DNA of 64,000 bases, taken from positions 219,854,001 to 219,918,000 of the forward strand of contig NC_086097.1 in assembly GCF_963921235.1 (NCBI RefSeq). Direction: 5' to 3'. Every line of letters begins with the position of its first letter. The stretch's first letter is position 1. Positions 14,085 to 26,890 of the stretch are shown here, in pieces. This stretch comes from Mobula hypostoma. Taxonomy: Eukaryota. The notes beneath the pieces are model-generated. The model was not told the DNA's origin, did not search any database, and was given only the letters and a program-made list of their open reading frames with translations. The position numbers and the translations under genes are program-made.

Positions 14085-15178
14085 CCAAGGCTTAACACCT
14101 GATCAAAAGTCTCCAAAACCTGGGCCTTTGCACCTCCCCCTGCAACTGGATCCTTGATTTCCTCACTGGAAGATCACAGTCAGAGCGGATTGAAAGTAAC
14201 ACCTCCGCATCGTTGATAATTAACGCTGCCGCACCTCACTGATGTGTGCTGAGCCCACTGCCCTACTCTCCCTACACCAATGACTATGGCTCGGCACAGC
14301 TCAAATGCCATCTACAAACTTGTTGATGACATGAATATTGTTGGCAGAATTTCAGATGGTGAGGAGAAGGCACACAGGAGCAAGATAGGTCAGGTGGTCG
14401 AGTGGTGTTACAGCAACAACCATGCGCTCAGGGTCAGTAAGACCAAAGAGTTGATTGTGGACTTCAGAAAGGGTAAGAAGAGGGAACACACACCTGTCCT
14501 CATAGAGGGATTGGAAGTGAAAAGAGTGGGCAATTTCAAGTTCCTGGGTATCAACATCTCTGAGGATCTATCGTGGGCCCAACATGATGCAGTTTCAAAG
14601 AAGGCATGACAGAGGCTAGATTTCTTTGGGAGTTTGAGGAGATCTGGTTTGTCACCAAAGACAGATGTACAGTGGAGAGCATTCTAACTGGCTGCATCAC
14701 TGTCTGGTATGGGGTGGGCGGAGCACAGCACAGGATCAAAATAAGCTGCAGAAAGTTGTGAACTCAGTCAACTCCATCATGAGCACCAGCCTCCACAGCA
14801 TCCAGGACATTTTCAAAGGGCCGTGCCTCGTAAAAGCGGCTTCTAACATTAAGGACTCCCTTCACCCAGGATATGCCCTCTTCTCATTGCTACCATCAGG
14901 GAGGAGTTACTGAAACCTGAAGGCACACATTCAGTGATTCAGGAACAGCTTCTTCCCCTCTGCCATCTGATTTCTGAATGGACAATGAACCCATGAACAT
15001 TACCTTACTACTATTTTCTTCTCTTTTTGCACAACTTATTTAATTTAAATATTATATATATATGCTTCTTACTGTAATTTACAGTTTTTATTTTTATGTA
15101 TTGCAATGTAATGCTGCCACATAACAACAAATTTGATGACGTATACCAGTGATATTAAACCTGATTCTGATTCTGATT
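14085..15178 (+). mobile_element. Rex/Babar/L2-type LINE 3' part, decayed
   Basis: KLVDD, KTKELIVDFRK, FKFLGINISEDLSW and LLPSGR motifs; (ATTCTG)n tail. Confidence 0.85.
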
Positions 15179-15281
15179 TTTGGAGCAAATTGTTCCTGTA
15201 GTTTGTGGTTTCTCCTATATGGAGTGTTATTATTCCGGTGGCCCATTCATCAACAGTTCTTTAGAGTGACAAAGGTAGAGC

Positions 15282-15858
15282 AAACAACAGGAATTCTGCA
15301 GATGCTGGAAATTCAAGCAACACACATCAAAGTTGCTGGTGAACGCAGCAAGCCAGGCAGCATCTCTAGGAAGAGGTGCAGTCGACGTTTCAGGCCGAGA
15401 CCCTTCGTCAGGACTAACTGAAGGAAGAGTGAGTAAGGGATTTGAAAGTTGGAGGAGGAGGGGGAGATCCAAAATGATAGGAGAAGACAGGAGGGGGAGG
15501 GATGGAGCCAAGAGCTGGACAGGTGATTGGCAAAAGGGATACGAGAGGATCATGGGACAGGAGGTCCAGGAAGAAAGACAAGGAGGTGGGGGGGGGGACC
15601 CAGAGGATGGGCAAAGGGTATATTCAGAGGGACAAAAAGGAGAGTGAGAGAAAGAATGTGTGTATAAAAATAAGTAACAGATGGGGTACGAGGGAGAGGT
15701 GGGGCATTAGCAGTTCAAAGTGTGGTCGAAAAGTTGAAGAGCCGAAGTCCTCTACTGTAAAGATGAAGCCACACTCAGGTTGGAGGAACAACACCTTGTA
15801 TTCCGTCTGGGTAGCCTCCAACCTGATGGCATGAACGTCGACTTCTCTAACTTCCGCT
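15282..15858 (-). mobile_element. Penelope-like element with 5' inversion and intact hammerhead
   Basis: Minus-strand 3' part 15282-15711, 36-nt filler, plus-strand GIY-YIG tail 15748-15858; near-identical to the 55.6-57.5 kb element. Confidence 0.88.
15380..15415 (-). ncRNA. Minimal type I hammerhead ribozyme motif
   Basis: AGUC-CUGACGA-AGG-gucucgg-CCU-GAAA-C-GUC-GACU: helix I AGUC/GACU, both conserved core boxes, helix II, GUC cleavage triplet. Confidence 0.85.
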
Positions 15859-16648
15859 GTAGCAGCTCTGTCTTTCACAACAGGAAAAAAAATAAATTAA
15901 TGTATCAACTATAGATTCTTTATCAAAACTGGTAGCAGGTCCCTATGTGCTAGATACAGTAGACTAGAGAATGCAGAGTTAAATGAAGGTCAGAATATTA
16001 ATCGACTTCAAAGTTCAAAGTAAATTTTATTAAGGTACATATATATCACCATATGCAACCCTGAGATTCATTTTCCTGTGCACAATATATAACCAAATTG
16101 TTTAAATTGTTGAATTTTATAAATAAGTGAGCCACGTTAGGCTACAGGGTACTATGTCATTGGTTTCCCAAGGTGACTGCAGGTTAATTGCCCTTTGCAG
16201 TTTATTAGATTCAATGCACTTTATATCCTTTTTTATAGTTTGAGACACAAGTATGTCATTTGATTGGTAAGAGGACATCTTTCCTTGTGGAGTAGTAACA
16301 TGCATCACTAAAGCTGTATTGAATGGGAGGGTAAAATCAATTTCCCTTTCCGATTCATAAATATTCCTTTGTGAAAAACAAAACTGGCAGCGTAAAGTCT
16401 TGTCAAAATGTATAATTTTTGTGTGAGTGTAAATTTGCTTACAGTTATGTTTCCACCTCTAGGTGCTCTCACTGAAATAACTAATCATTTGCCATTCCTA
16501 AACTTGGTCCAAAGAGATCTATTTGATTGCTTGTCTGATTAAATTGATACAAGAGTTCATGGAAATTCCAAAACCTCTTTGGCAAAGGTTACAGTTGTTG
16601 GGGGTCAATTACATTTTCCAGTGAGAAACCTGCAGATTATGTTCAGTA

Positions 16649-17099
16649 CATTCAGTGGTGCAGTGCTAGCTGGAGCATACCGGAGCACATCCAACACATC
16701 TTTAAGAAAAAAGCCGAAATAAACAAGCTAATTGATTCGGTGCCGCCCAGGGTGATTTGAGTATCTCAGAAACTGCTGATCTCCTGAGATTCTTATGCAC
16801 AACAGACTCTGGAGTTTACAAAGAATGGTCCAAAAACAGAAAAACATCCAGCGAGAGGCTGTTCTGCGAGCAAAAACATCTTGTTAAATCCACTCTCTGG
16901 ATGTTTTTTTGTTTTTGGACCATTCTTTGTAAACTCCAGAGTCTGTTGTGCATAAAAATCCCAGGAGGTCAGCAGTTTCTGAGATACTCAAATTACCCTG
17001 GGTGGCACCTAATCAATTAGCTTGTTTATTTCGGCTTTTTACTTAAAGATGTGTCAGACGCGCTCCAGTGTGCTCCGGCTAGCACTGCACCACCGAGAA
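16649..17099. mobile_element. Foldback Tc1-derived MITE, arms of ~210 bp
   Basis: 16649-16858 is the reverse complement of 16890-17099 with scattered mismatches; TA at both ends; the inner part encodes SISETADLL..., a Tc1-like N-terminal HTH remnant. Confidence 0.8.
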
Positions 17100-17782
17100 T
17101 ATTTATTAAAGGGTGGTGAATGGAACAGGAATGCAGATCAACTCTGACCTAATTGAATAATAAAACAGGCTCAGCCACCTGCCTTTTGGTACTATATTGT
17201 AGCATTATGACATTGTCTCAGTTTTATTACTGCCATATCTCCTGTCCTGTCTCTATCTCTTCTGCAAGTTTTATATTAATTATCAGTTCTGCCTCAGCCA
17301 CAGTTATTGTGAAATTTAATCATGGATCCAATAATCTCCCACTGACTGCCTGAATTCAATGGGCACTCACCCGCACTAATTGATATACTGTGGGAGGAAC
17401 TTTGAGTTGACCCTCTGTGCCAAGTGTCCTTTGGTAGAATGAAACAGCTCACATGCAGAAACCTGGCCTGGGGTGATGTATCCTGCAGCTCTGCCCCAGC
17501 AAGGCCTGAGCACCACTTCACAACTCACTACTGTGACTTGTTCTTAAATAACTCTGATGATCAAATAGGCTTCAATAAGTAAACAAATAAAAAAAACCAA
17601 TAATAATTATTAAGTTATAATGTCAGAGAAATTAATATCATTAATTTTAAAAATTAAAGTAAATTATTTACTAAGCTTTTTACTCAGAGTCAGTGAATTA
17701 GGTTTACACAATGACGACTGGAGATGAGCCCTGTGTACACCTCACTTTGGGCTCTTCTGCTCAGTACATTTCAGCGCAGACT

Positions 17783-17983
17783 AAACACAAGGAAATCTGC
17801 AGATGCTGGAATTTCAAGCAACACACATCAAAGTTGCTGGTGAACGCAGCAGGCCAGGCAGCATCTATAGGAAGAGGTACAGTCGACGTTTCGGGCTGAG
17901 ACCCTTCGTCAGGAAACGTCGTCTGTTCTTCCTATAGATGCTGCCTGGCCTGCTGCGTTCACCAACAATTTTTATGTGTGTTG
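17783..17983. mobile_element. 200-bp foldback PLE derivative with hammerhead core and 13-bp TSD
   Basis: Two inverted PLE 3' tails; TSD ttcagcgcagact (17770-17782) / ttcagcgcggact (17984-17996); minus-strand CUGACGA...GAAACGUC at 17881-17914. Confidence 0.88.
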
Positions 17984-18599
17984 TTCAGCGCGGACTGGAT
18001 TCAGTTATGAATCCAGTGGTGAGGGGGCAGTCAATGTACTTGCACCTGACTCCTAACTAGAATTTGACTTTCACTTTTACATGTACAGTCATGGAAGTCA
18101 GACACAGGCCATACAGCAAAGAAGAGAAGGCTGGTGATATCCTACAGATCTGCAGAAGGAGGATATGGTCCAGTCTAAAAACACCCTGGGCTGGATTTGG
18201 CAGCAAAAATAGCAATGTTAAAGAATAAATTGTGAGCAAGCAGGCACAATGTTAAATGCAGAAGTCAAGGAACTGCTGTCCCACTTCTCAGCCATGCCTT
18301 TGTAAAGCTTTGCTAGAATGGTAGGGGGTCCAAGAAAAGTACATTTTTAGTAACTGCAAAACAGCCTCTTCGGCACAGAAAAGTAACTTCACCAAGCATA
18401 AGCTCTCATTTGACCATACTTCAATTATTGCTTGAGATTTTTAAAAAATCCTTAATTTTTTATTACCGTTGTCCCTTTCCCTTTGGCCTATGTTGAATTA
18501 ACTATTCTAAGTGATACTTCCTTTTACATTCTCAATGACACACATATCTGATTAGAAAGCACAGCTTTACTCCGCACTATGCAAAGTAATTTAAACATG

Positions 18600-19050
18600 G
18601 TAATTGTATCTGATCCCAGCTCCTCCTCTGGCAGTGCATTCCAAATATCAATCACTCTTTGTGTAAAATAGATTTGAACCCCTCTAATCCTCTTTAAAAC
18701 TCCTTCCTCTCACCTTAAATTTATGTCCTCTTGATAGCCTGACCACTGGGAAAAGATTTGGACAATTAACACTATTCATGCCTTTCATAATCTTATATAC
18801 ATCTGACCAGGCACTGCTCAGCTCCCTTTGCTCCAGGGAAAACAAGCCAAGGGTATCCAGTTTCTCCCCATTACTAAAGTCCTCCAATTCAGGGGACTTC
18901 CTGTAGTGTGGTGACCAGAAGTGCACAGAATATGCAATTATAGCATAACTAGTGTTTTGTAAAGTTACAACATCATGATTCTTGTACTCTCTGGCTTGAT
19001 CTATGAAGATTAAGCATGCTCAATGCCTTCCTCACCCTTATCAATCTGTG
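18600..19050 (-). mobile_element. Old CR1 3' fragment
   Basis: FWSPHYRK, LGLFSLE, VYKIMKG and RGHKFK motifs. Confidence 0.75.
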
Positions 19051-19407
19051 TGGCCATCATGTTGCCAGTGTAGGATTAAACTGCCACCCTTTCTCACTCT
19101 TCTGTATAAGTCTCCTTGTTACATGATTGAGCTGTTTAATCCCACACTAATTGAAAATATATGGAATCGCAGATGTATTCTAGGATATAATTTCTTGTTA
19201 GAATAGCATAGCAGTTAGAATTTGATGAACTTTTGTTGCTTCTGCCATGTCACACTATAAACTTTCACTGCTCTGATAACGTAACAGGGAATCTGGTATT
19301 TAATATTACTGGTCCAAGGGTTTTTTTTTCCCAGGTCTAGAGTACTGAGACACCAAATGCCTAATACCCTTGTAAAGGTTGCCCTCATCTGATGTGAGCT
19401 TTGAAGA

Positions 19408-19486
19408 CTGAGGTTCCCAACCTGGGGTCTACGGACCACTTTGTTAATGGAAAAGATCAATGGCTATAAAAGGTTGGGAACCTCTG
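19408..19486. mobile_element. 79-bp hAT (Charlie-like) MITE
   Basis: TIRs ctgaggttcccaacct / aggttgggaacctctg; imperfect 8-bp TSD tttgaaga / ttctaaga. Confidence 0.7.
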
Positions 19487-20142
19487 TTCTAAGACTTCGC
19501 TCAAATGTGTACAAAGGTGTCCGCTCTTTCCTTCTCGAAGACCAGTATTACTGTGTTGGATTTGACTTCATTCTAAGCAGGTCCAAAGTTTCCTGAAATT
19601 CTTGGCCATTGTTTTTATTACATTTTGGGTGTTAGGTGAGTCTGGTGCTCGTGCTTTATGTTAACTGTAGTAACTGTGTTTCCCTTAGATAGAATACTTC
19701 TAGTTCTACTCTGGTCGCTTGGTGAGTCAAGTTACAAGAATATTTCTGATCTACATACAATGTGGTCATTCACCATGTTGACAATGAAGTTTAACCTGAA
19801 AATAAACAATTATTGTAGTAACTCCTGTGGTAAGCCCAAATAACTATGTGTACCTACATCATAGCTCTTGACTCAAGGCTTAGAATCTTTATAGCTCACT
19901 TCCCGTAAAGAATCAACGATAATGGACAAGGTAACTTCTGCTGTCCGGGCTACTGTAGTGGAGCACGTTCTTAAGTCAACCAGCTTCTGCTCAAGTTGCT
20001 GCTTCTTTATAACCCTGCAGCAGTCAGAGCAACATTTTAATAAAGGAAGTAAAGTGTGTGATATTTCCAGGGACATGAAAGATGGCTAAAATGAAAAAAA
20101 AAGGCTTTAGCAGCACTGATTATAGTCCTTGTCATAAGGCTG

Positions 20143-20480
20143 TAAACCATAAGACATTGGAGCAGAATCACTCCATTCGACCCAGCGAGTCTGCTCTGCC
20201 GTTCTGTCATGGTTGATACATTATCCCTCTCAACCCCATTCTCCCTGCTTTTTTCTCATAACCTTTGACACCATTACTAATGAAAAATCTATCAATCTCC
20301 ACTTTAAACGTATCCAATGACTTGATCTCCACAGCCAACTCTTCCTGATCTCTGTTCCAAAGGAATGTCCTTGTGTTCTGAGGCTATGCCTTCTGGTCTT
20401 AGACCCCCCCACTATGGAGACAAGCAGACTTGCTCTCCATATCCATTCTATCTGGGCCTTTCAACATTCAATAGGTTTCA
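20143..20480 (-). mobile_element. CR1 3' end fragment
   Basis: Reverse complement resembles the 3' end of the 9520-10500 copy. Confidence 0.75.
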
Positions 20481-22633
20481 ATAATAAAACACCTCGTGCA
20501 CTACTAGCTGTTTACTACTCAAATTTATCAAGTAGTGAGAAGGAGATATAGGAACAAATTTTCAGGTAACCTAGAGAATGGTGCAAGCAATTAACACACA
20601 CTGCTAATGAGGGAATTTGATTATTGTAATTTGTAACAGTACAGAGAGCAAATAAAGGGATAGTTCCTGAGATATGTGTCAGGAAAATGTTTTCATCTTT
20701 TATGTTCCCAGTCCAACAAGGTGGACCATGTCTTGGTGGGAGAAGAATGAAATAGTTATAGAAACGACAAGGGAAAATCAAAGATGATACCATTGAAATT
20801 GATAAAATCCAATTTTACTTGACAAAAATAAATCTGGAGCAGATAGATTTGAATCATATTGGCAAATAAAATATTAAATGGCAAAATGGGGGCTTTCAAA
20901 AGAACAGCTACATACTAATGTAGTGGGGGAGTCAGGATGTGTTGGTGCGGGAACTGAGGGGAAGGAAGGAGTCCAAAGATGGTATTCCCTGCATGATTAA
21001 ATTTCAACTAATAGAGAAAAGAAATTGGTTTTCTAAATGGTATATTTGCAATTCACTGGAGAACCAAACAGAATGAAACACAAAGCAAAAGTGAAAAATG
21101 CAGATACGAGGGACAGAGGGTTACAAGAATAGATTGGCTGCTAATCTAAAAAATGAACTAAGACTTCTTTTGCAAGCACATACATAACAGAATAATTTTC
21201 AGAGATAGGATTGGATCAGTTAGAGATCAAAAGTGAAATATCCTTCAGGAGCCAGAACGCCTAGCTGAGATAATAAGTAAGAATACTGCATGCATCTCTA
21301 CCAGGGATGAGAGCTCTGCAATGTTGCAATATCTGTTCCAATAGCAGTTTAGTGCGGGGCTCACTTAACACATTAAATAAAAAATTACATTGCACTGCTT
21401 TACAGCCAAGTTTTATTTCCAGTGATACATTAGTATGACATGACATTCACATCAAGCTGGCGTATATAATCTAATTGATTACCTGTGCAAACAATGAGTG
21501 AAAGTACATTAAAAAGTAAAAGGAGTAACACATAATTTATTGTAAATTCTTAGCTCCATAACAGCAATTACATCCTGAAGGATTGGGTGCCTCTTCAGAA
21601 TTTACATATTCAATTTTAAAATAAGGCTTCTGGTCAGCAAGTGGAATTAGACTTATTTTTCATTTTTATCCATCAGTGTATTTGCGATTCATGAGTTCCA
21701 ACTAGTTAATGAGTAAAGGGCTGATGATTTTAAGTTCAAAGTGAAAAAGAAAACTGCAATGCAGTATTATATCCAATATTTATCAACTGACCTTAACTAT
21801 TTAAGGCTAATGGATTTATTCTGCTAACAGTGGAAGATGTTAGTTTGTAGTTTTCAAATGTATTTCTGATGGCAGCTCATTTTTTTAAACTTGTTATTTA
21901 ATGGCTCTTGGCAGGCATGAAGAAGAAATGGCTGGTACTGAAAGTGTATGTGGTACTAATATGAATTCTACAATCTATTTTAGTGAAAAATAATCATTGG
22001 ATATTAACATTAAAATCTGCACAGCTGTGAACTGCCTTCTATTTTGCAGCATTTAGGAAAAAGAAAAGATTATTTTAATAAAAATAATTATTTTTAGGTG
22101 GTAAGATGAACCTTGCATTTCTGGTGGTTACAGAACACATATTGAAATAGTGCACTAAGCTAACCATTTTCTCTGGATAACATCAGTTCGGAGTGTGGAT
22201 TAGCATCTTTACATTCCCTTCCATTCTGAGATCATTGATCTCCAGTTAGCTGCGACTGTTTTCATCTGACAATTTCAAGATACAGAGAATATTTGCACAA
22301 GAATCCTTATCGGAAATATCCTTTTGATCAAAGGTTGGATTTAGGGGTAATATGACCTTATTACATGTTTTTACGTGAAAAAATAGTAGCATTTTAGACT
22401 ACACATGATGGACTTAAAAAGGTAGTTGCAAAATATTCTGGTATTACAGCAAGCTCAGATCTTGTATATTAATCAGATAAGATCACCTATCCACAGCAGG
22501 ATTAGTTCCAGCTTGTTGAAAAGAAAATCTTAATCAATGTTAAATTAACAATTAAGAAGGCAGGTGCAGCGGTGCTTATTTTCTTTCCTGTCTGAATATA
22601 TTAAAAATGTTTTAAGAAAAACTGTCCCAATTT

Positions 22634-23055
22634 TGTTACAAGAGTGTAGGAAGCAAACCCAAGTGCAGGACACAGGAACGGAGATTGAGTTTTAGATGCT
22701 CACATGGGCGTAAACGCCAAACAGCAAACAGGAGGAATCTTGACACACAGACTTGACACAAAACCTCGACTCAGAGAAACAGAGTCTCATAGGTAAACAT
22801 TGAAACAGGAGCTAGACTTAGAACAAACAGTTCTAAGCGGTCAGGGAACGCAGTTATCTCACAGGAAAAAAAAAACCAACAACCCGGCAACTAGTGGTTG
22901 TGACGCCGGGGTTCTTATACTGCAGTTCTTGATGGAGACCAGGTGTGCTGTCATCAAAGCGAATTAGCAGTAAATGGGAAATTAACGATCGGAATCAAGG
23001 CATAATTAAAGGAGATTAGGAGCAAGATAGGGGATTAACGATTGGGACCAGAACA
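22634..23055. mobile_element. Putative solo LTR (422 bp)
   Basis: Starts TGTT, ends AACA; flanked by a perfect 5-bp duplication AATTT (22629-22633 and 23056-23060); higher GC and CpG than the AT-rich flanks. Confidence 0.65.
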
Positions 23056-23399
23056 AATTTGCCTTTATTTAATTATGAAATCAATATTCAATGATTCCTT
23101 TGGAATTATGTAATCCTGATTTATGCTTAGTAATTAACACTATTCATTTAACATATTTTATCAATTCATGCCAATTTTGATTCATTTGTGTGCGGTGGTT
23201 TTGGAGGCATTGTTTATTATTAATGGAAATTGCAGTGATTTTAATTTCTAAATTTTGAAAGATGTGAATTTCAAGTTGAGTGTTAATTAGCTCTAATGTA
23301 TGATCACCAGCCTTGTTCAAGACGTGGCTGTTTGCTATTACGTTTGTCATTTATTTGGTTAATACAGAAAATACTTTTGAACATTAATCATAAGAGGTA

Positions 23400-24480
23400 T
23401 TCTAAAGGGGGAGTGTAACAGCCATGGCTGACAAGGGAAGTAAAAGGCCAGCATAAAAGCATAAGAGAGGGCGTATAATATAGCAAAAATTAGTGGGAAG
23501 TTAGAGGATTGGGAAGATTTTAAAAACCAACAGAAGGCAACTAAAAAACAATAAGGAGAAAAAAGATTAAATATGCTAATAATATAAAACAGGAGGAACA
23601 GAAGTTTTTACAGATATATAAGGAGCTAAAGAGAGGCGAGAGTGGATATCTCTCCCCTGGAAAATGACACTGCAGAGATACTAAGGGGAGACAAAGAAAT
23701 GGTGGGTGAACTTAATAAGTATTTTTTACCAGTCTTCACTGTAGAAAACACTAGCTGTATGCCAGAAATTCCACAGTGTTAAGGGGGAGAAGTCAGCGTA
23801 GTTGTTACGACTAAAGAGAAGGTGCTTAGAAAGCTATAAGGTCTGAAGGTGGATAAGTTACTTGGATGAGATGGTCTAAACCCTGGGGTCTGAAAGAGGT
23901 AATTAAAGAGACTGTGGAGGCATTAGCAGTGATCTTTAGAAAATCACTAGACTCTGGAATGGTTCTGTGAGGACTGGAAAATTGCAAAAGTCACTCCACT
24001 CTTTAAGAAGGGAGAGAGGCAGAAGAAAGGAAATTGTAGGCCATTTAGCCTGACTTCAGTGGTTGGGGAGATGACGAAGTCTATTATGAAGGATGGAGTT
24101 TTGAGATACTTGTAGACACATGATAAAGTAGATTTCTTTGAGGGGAAATCTTGCCTGACAAATCTGTTGGGATTCCTGGAGAAAATAACAGGCAGGATAG
24201 ACAAAAGAGAGCCAGTGAATGTTGTTTACTTGGAATTTCAGAAATCCTTTAACAAGGGGCCACACATGAGGCTGCTAAACCAGATAAGAGCCCTGATATC
24301 GTAGGAAAGATACTAGCATGGATAGAAGATTAAGAGAATGGGTTAAAAAAAAAGTGGCAGATGGAATACAGTGTAGGAAAGTGTATGATCTTGCAGTTTG
24401 GTAGAAGGAGTACAGGCGTAGACTATTTTTGAAATGAGGAAAATTTTAAAAATCAAGTGTACAAAAGGACTTGAGGCCTG
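23400..24480 (+). mobile_element. CR1 LINE internal fragment, decayed with deletions
   Basis: Encodes DWKIAKVTPLFKKG, RPFSLTSVVG and GKSCLTNLLGF remnants. Confidence 0.8.
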
Positions 24481-24769
24481 CTATTCAATTTTCCCCAAGT
24501 TACTTTCCCTAACTTTCTTCTGTATATTTTGTTGTTAACTTTGGTTTTTGAGGGTGATTAGTCCTCTTAAGTAATTTTTTTCCCTCTTTCTTCAACATGT
24601 CCTTTCTTTTGCTGGAACTTTGGCATCAGTCATTTCAGAATGCTCTGTCTTCAGCTTCTCATTATACCAATTTACTTAAGATGAAAATAAAGGCTTTTGA
24701 TCTAGGTTCCTTAAACTATATATTTTTATTTTTCATACTACCTTTTATGGGACTATTGTATTGAGTGTA

Positions 24770-25421
24770 TCAAGCTTCAATTTCTTGGTGTCCACATTTC
24801 CGAGGATCTCACCTGGTCCCTGAACTCCTCCATCCTGGTCAGAAAAGTGCAACAGCGCCTTTATTTCCTGCGGAGCATCAAGAAAGCTCACCTCTGTCCC
24901 AGGATACTGACGGACTTTTACCTCTGTACCATTGACAGCATACTCACCAACTGCATCTCAGTGTGGTATGGCAATTGTCCCGTATCGGACCGCAAAGCAC
25001 TCCAGCGTGTGGTGAAAACTGCCCAGCAGATTATCGGCACCCAATTGCCCACCATTGAGAACATCCACCATAAACGCTGCCTGGACAGGGTGAAAAGCAT
25101 TATCAAGGATGCATCTCGCCCTAACCATGGACTTCTTACTCTCCTCCCATCCGGTAGGCGCTACCAGCAGGCACAGGAAGAGCTTCTTCCCTGAGGCTGT
25201 GACCCTGCTGAACCTCACATCACAGCGCTAAGCACTATTGCACCCATATTGCACTGTCTCAGTACTTCTATATTTGTGTGCCGTAGCACTTACTTTTTAT
25301 TCGAAGCTATTTTGTAAATAACACTACTCTTTGCATTTCTGGTCAGATGCTAACTGCATTTCATTGGCTTTGTATCTGTACTCGGCACAATGACAATAAA
25401 GTTGAATCTAATCTAATCTAA
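24770..25421 (+). mobile_element. Rex/Babar/L2-type LINE 3' end, young
   Basis: QQRLYFLR, ILTNCISVWYG and LLPSGRRY motifs; AATAAA plus (AATCT)n tail. Confidence 0.85.
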
Positions 25422-26402
25422 TATGTCTAACAAGTCAACAACTCCACTATCATTGTATCCTAAGATAACCAGGACGGTTCATGATGACTGCGATAACCTG
25501 GATCTTTTTTTCATCTAGCAGTTGGTAAATTCTCATGCATCTGCCAATATCATAATAAAATATCATTCTCTTTAGTTCTAACTGCTTTACTTAGTTAGAT
25601 TAAGTACTTTTGTTCAACCCTTGGTTGTTTGGATAGAGCAAAAATTTAGACCTGCACCCATTTTCCGCACCCGAAGTGTCTGGCAGGTAAGGCAATTTGT
25701 GGTTCCCCACTACCCCCGCCCCCCCGTTCCCTGTCACCACCCTCAAATCCCATGTAGCGTGGAGACAATTGCAGGTTCTTATGGTTGGTTAGGATTGCTT
25801 GGATTTCCAGCATCAGCAAATTTTCTCATGTTTGTGAATTTTCATTATTGTTTTAACGATATAAATCCAAACCAATAGTATAGTGACGCATTTTAAGGGA
25901 ATTGGAGTTAATATACCATACAGTTAAAACAATCAAGCAATGATTAAGGCAGTACTTTAATGAAAATAGAGTACGTGGAATCTTGGTGTAATATGTGACG
26001 TGGGAAGAAAATTATGTGTTTATTGTATTGTTTAGAAAGTAATCATTGCTCAGAATAGAGCACCACATGTACTTGATAAACAACATCATTAGAGGTGGCA
26101 AACAATATTTAGGTTTGTGGCTGAAGAGCTGTTAGTTCTGCTGTACTCATTTTGGAGAAAGGAATTAAAGCAAACTGTTGTACAATGCATGTGCACTGAT
26201 TGAAATACTCAAAGTAGGTTTCTCACTGCGGGAGAACTGACCAGATTGTGGACCAGAATATATTGCGTATCAATATTTTGTTCACCTTTCCTTACCAGCA
26301 TTTGGAATAAGAGCCAAGACCGTGTTAGCTATTAGGTAGAAGTTGGTAAATGGGAAACAAATTAAACATTGTGTTGAACCGTTTCTGTTTTGTTGTCTCC
26401 AG

Positions 26403-26553
26403 TACACCGAGCTATAACTATGCTCCGAATATGGACAAGCATTGGATAATGCAATTCACAGGGGCAATGAGGCCCATCCATATGGAGTTCACCAACATTC
26501 TTCAGAGAAAGCGGCTGCAGACACTTATGTCAGTGGATGACTCTGTAAACAGG
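26403..26553 (+). CDS. SULF1: Sulf-1 coding exon (151 bp)
   Basis: gtctccag|T ACA CCG...AAC AGG|gtaagc; [50 protein letters not shown] (NMDK and TNIL are SULF1-type). Confidence 0.95.
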
Positions 26554-26714
26554 GTAAGCGTCATCATTGAATCATTTAACGGCAAGAAGTAAACAATGGT
26601 TTTCCCACAAGCACTTCAATGAAAATGCAGTAGAATAAAATGTTGTAGCAATATTTTCCTTTCTATTTTACAACTAGTCAAAGTTATACTAAGACACCTT
26701 GTACTATGATTTAG

Positions 26715-26890
26715 ATATTCCAGATGCTTGCAGAGACTGGGGAACTGGAGAACACCTACGTCATCTACACTGCAGATCATGGCTACCACATTGGCCAATT
26801 TGGACTGGTAAAAGGAAAATCAATGCCGTATGACTTTGATATCCGGGTTCCCTTCTTTGTTCGTGGACCAAATGTGGAACCAGGGTCAAT
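26715..26890 (+). CDS. SULF1: Sulf-1 coding exon (176 bp), not in the ORF track
   Basis: atttag|ATA TTC CAG...TCA AT|gtaagg; [58 protein letters not shown], includes the sulfatase metal-binding DH motif. Confidence 0.95.
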
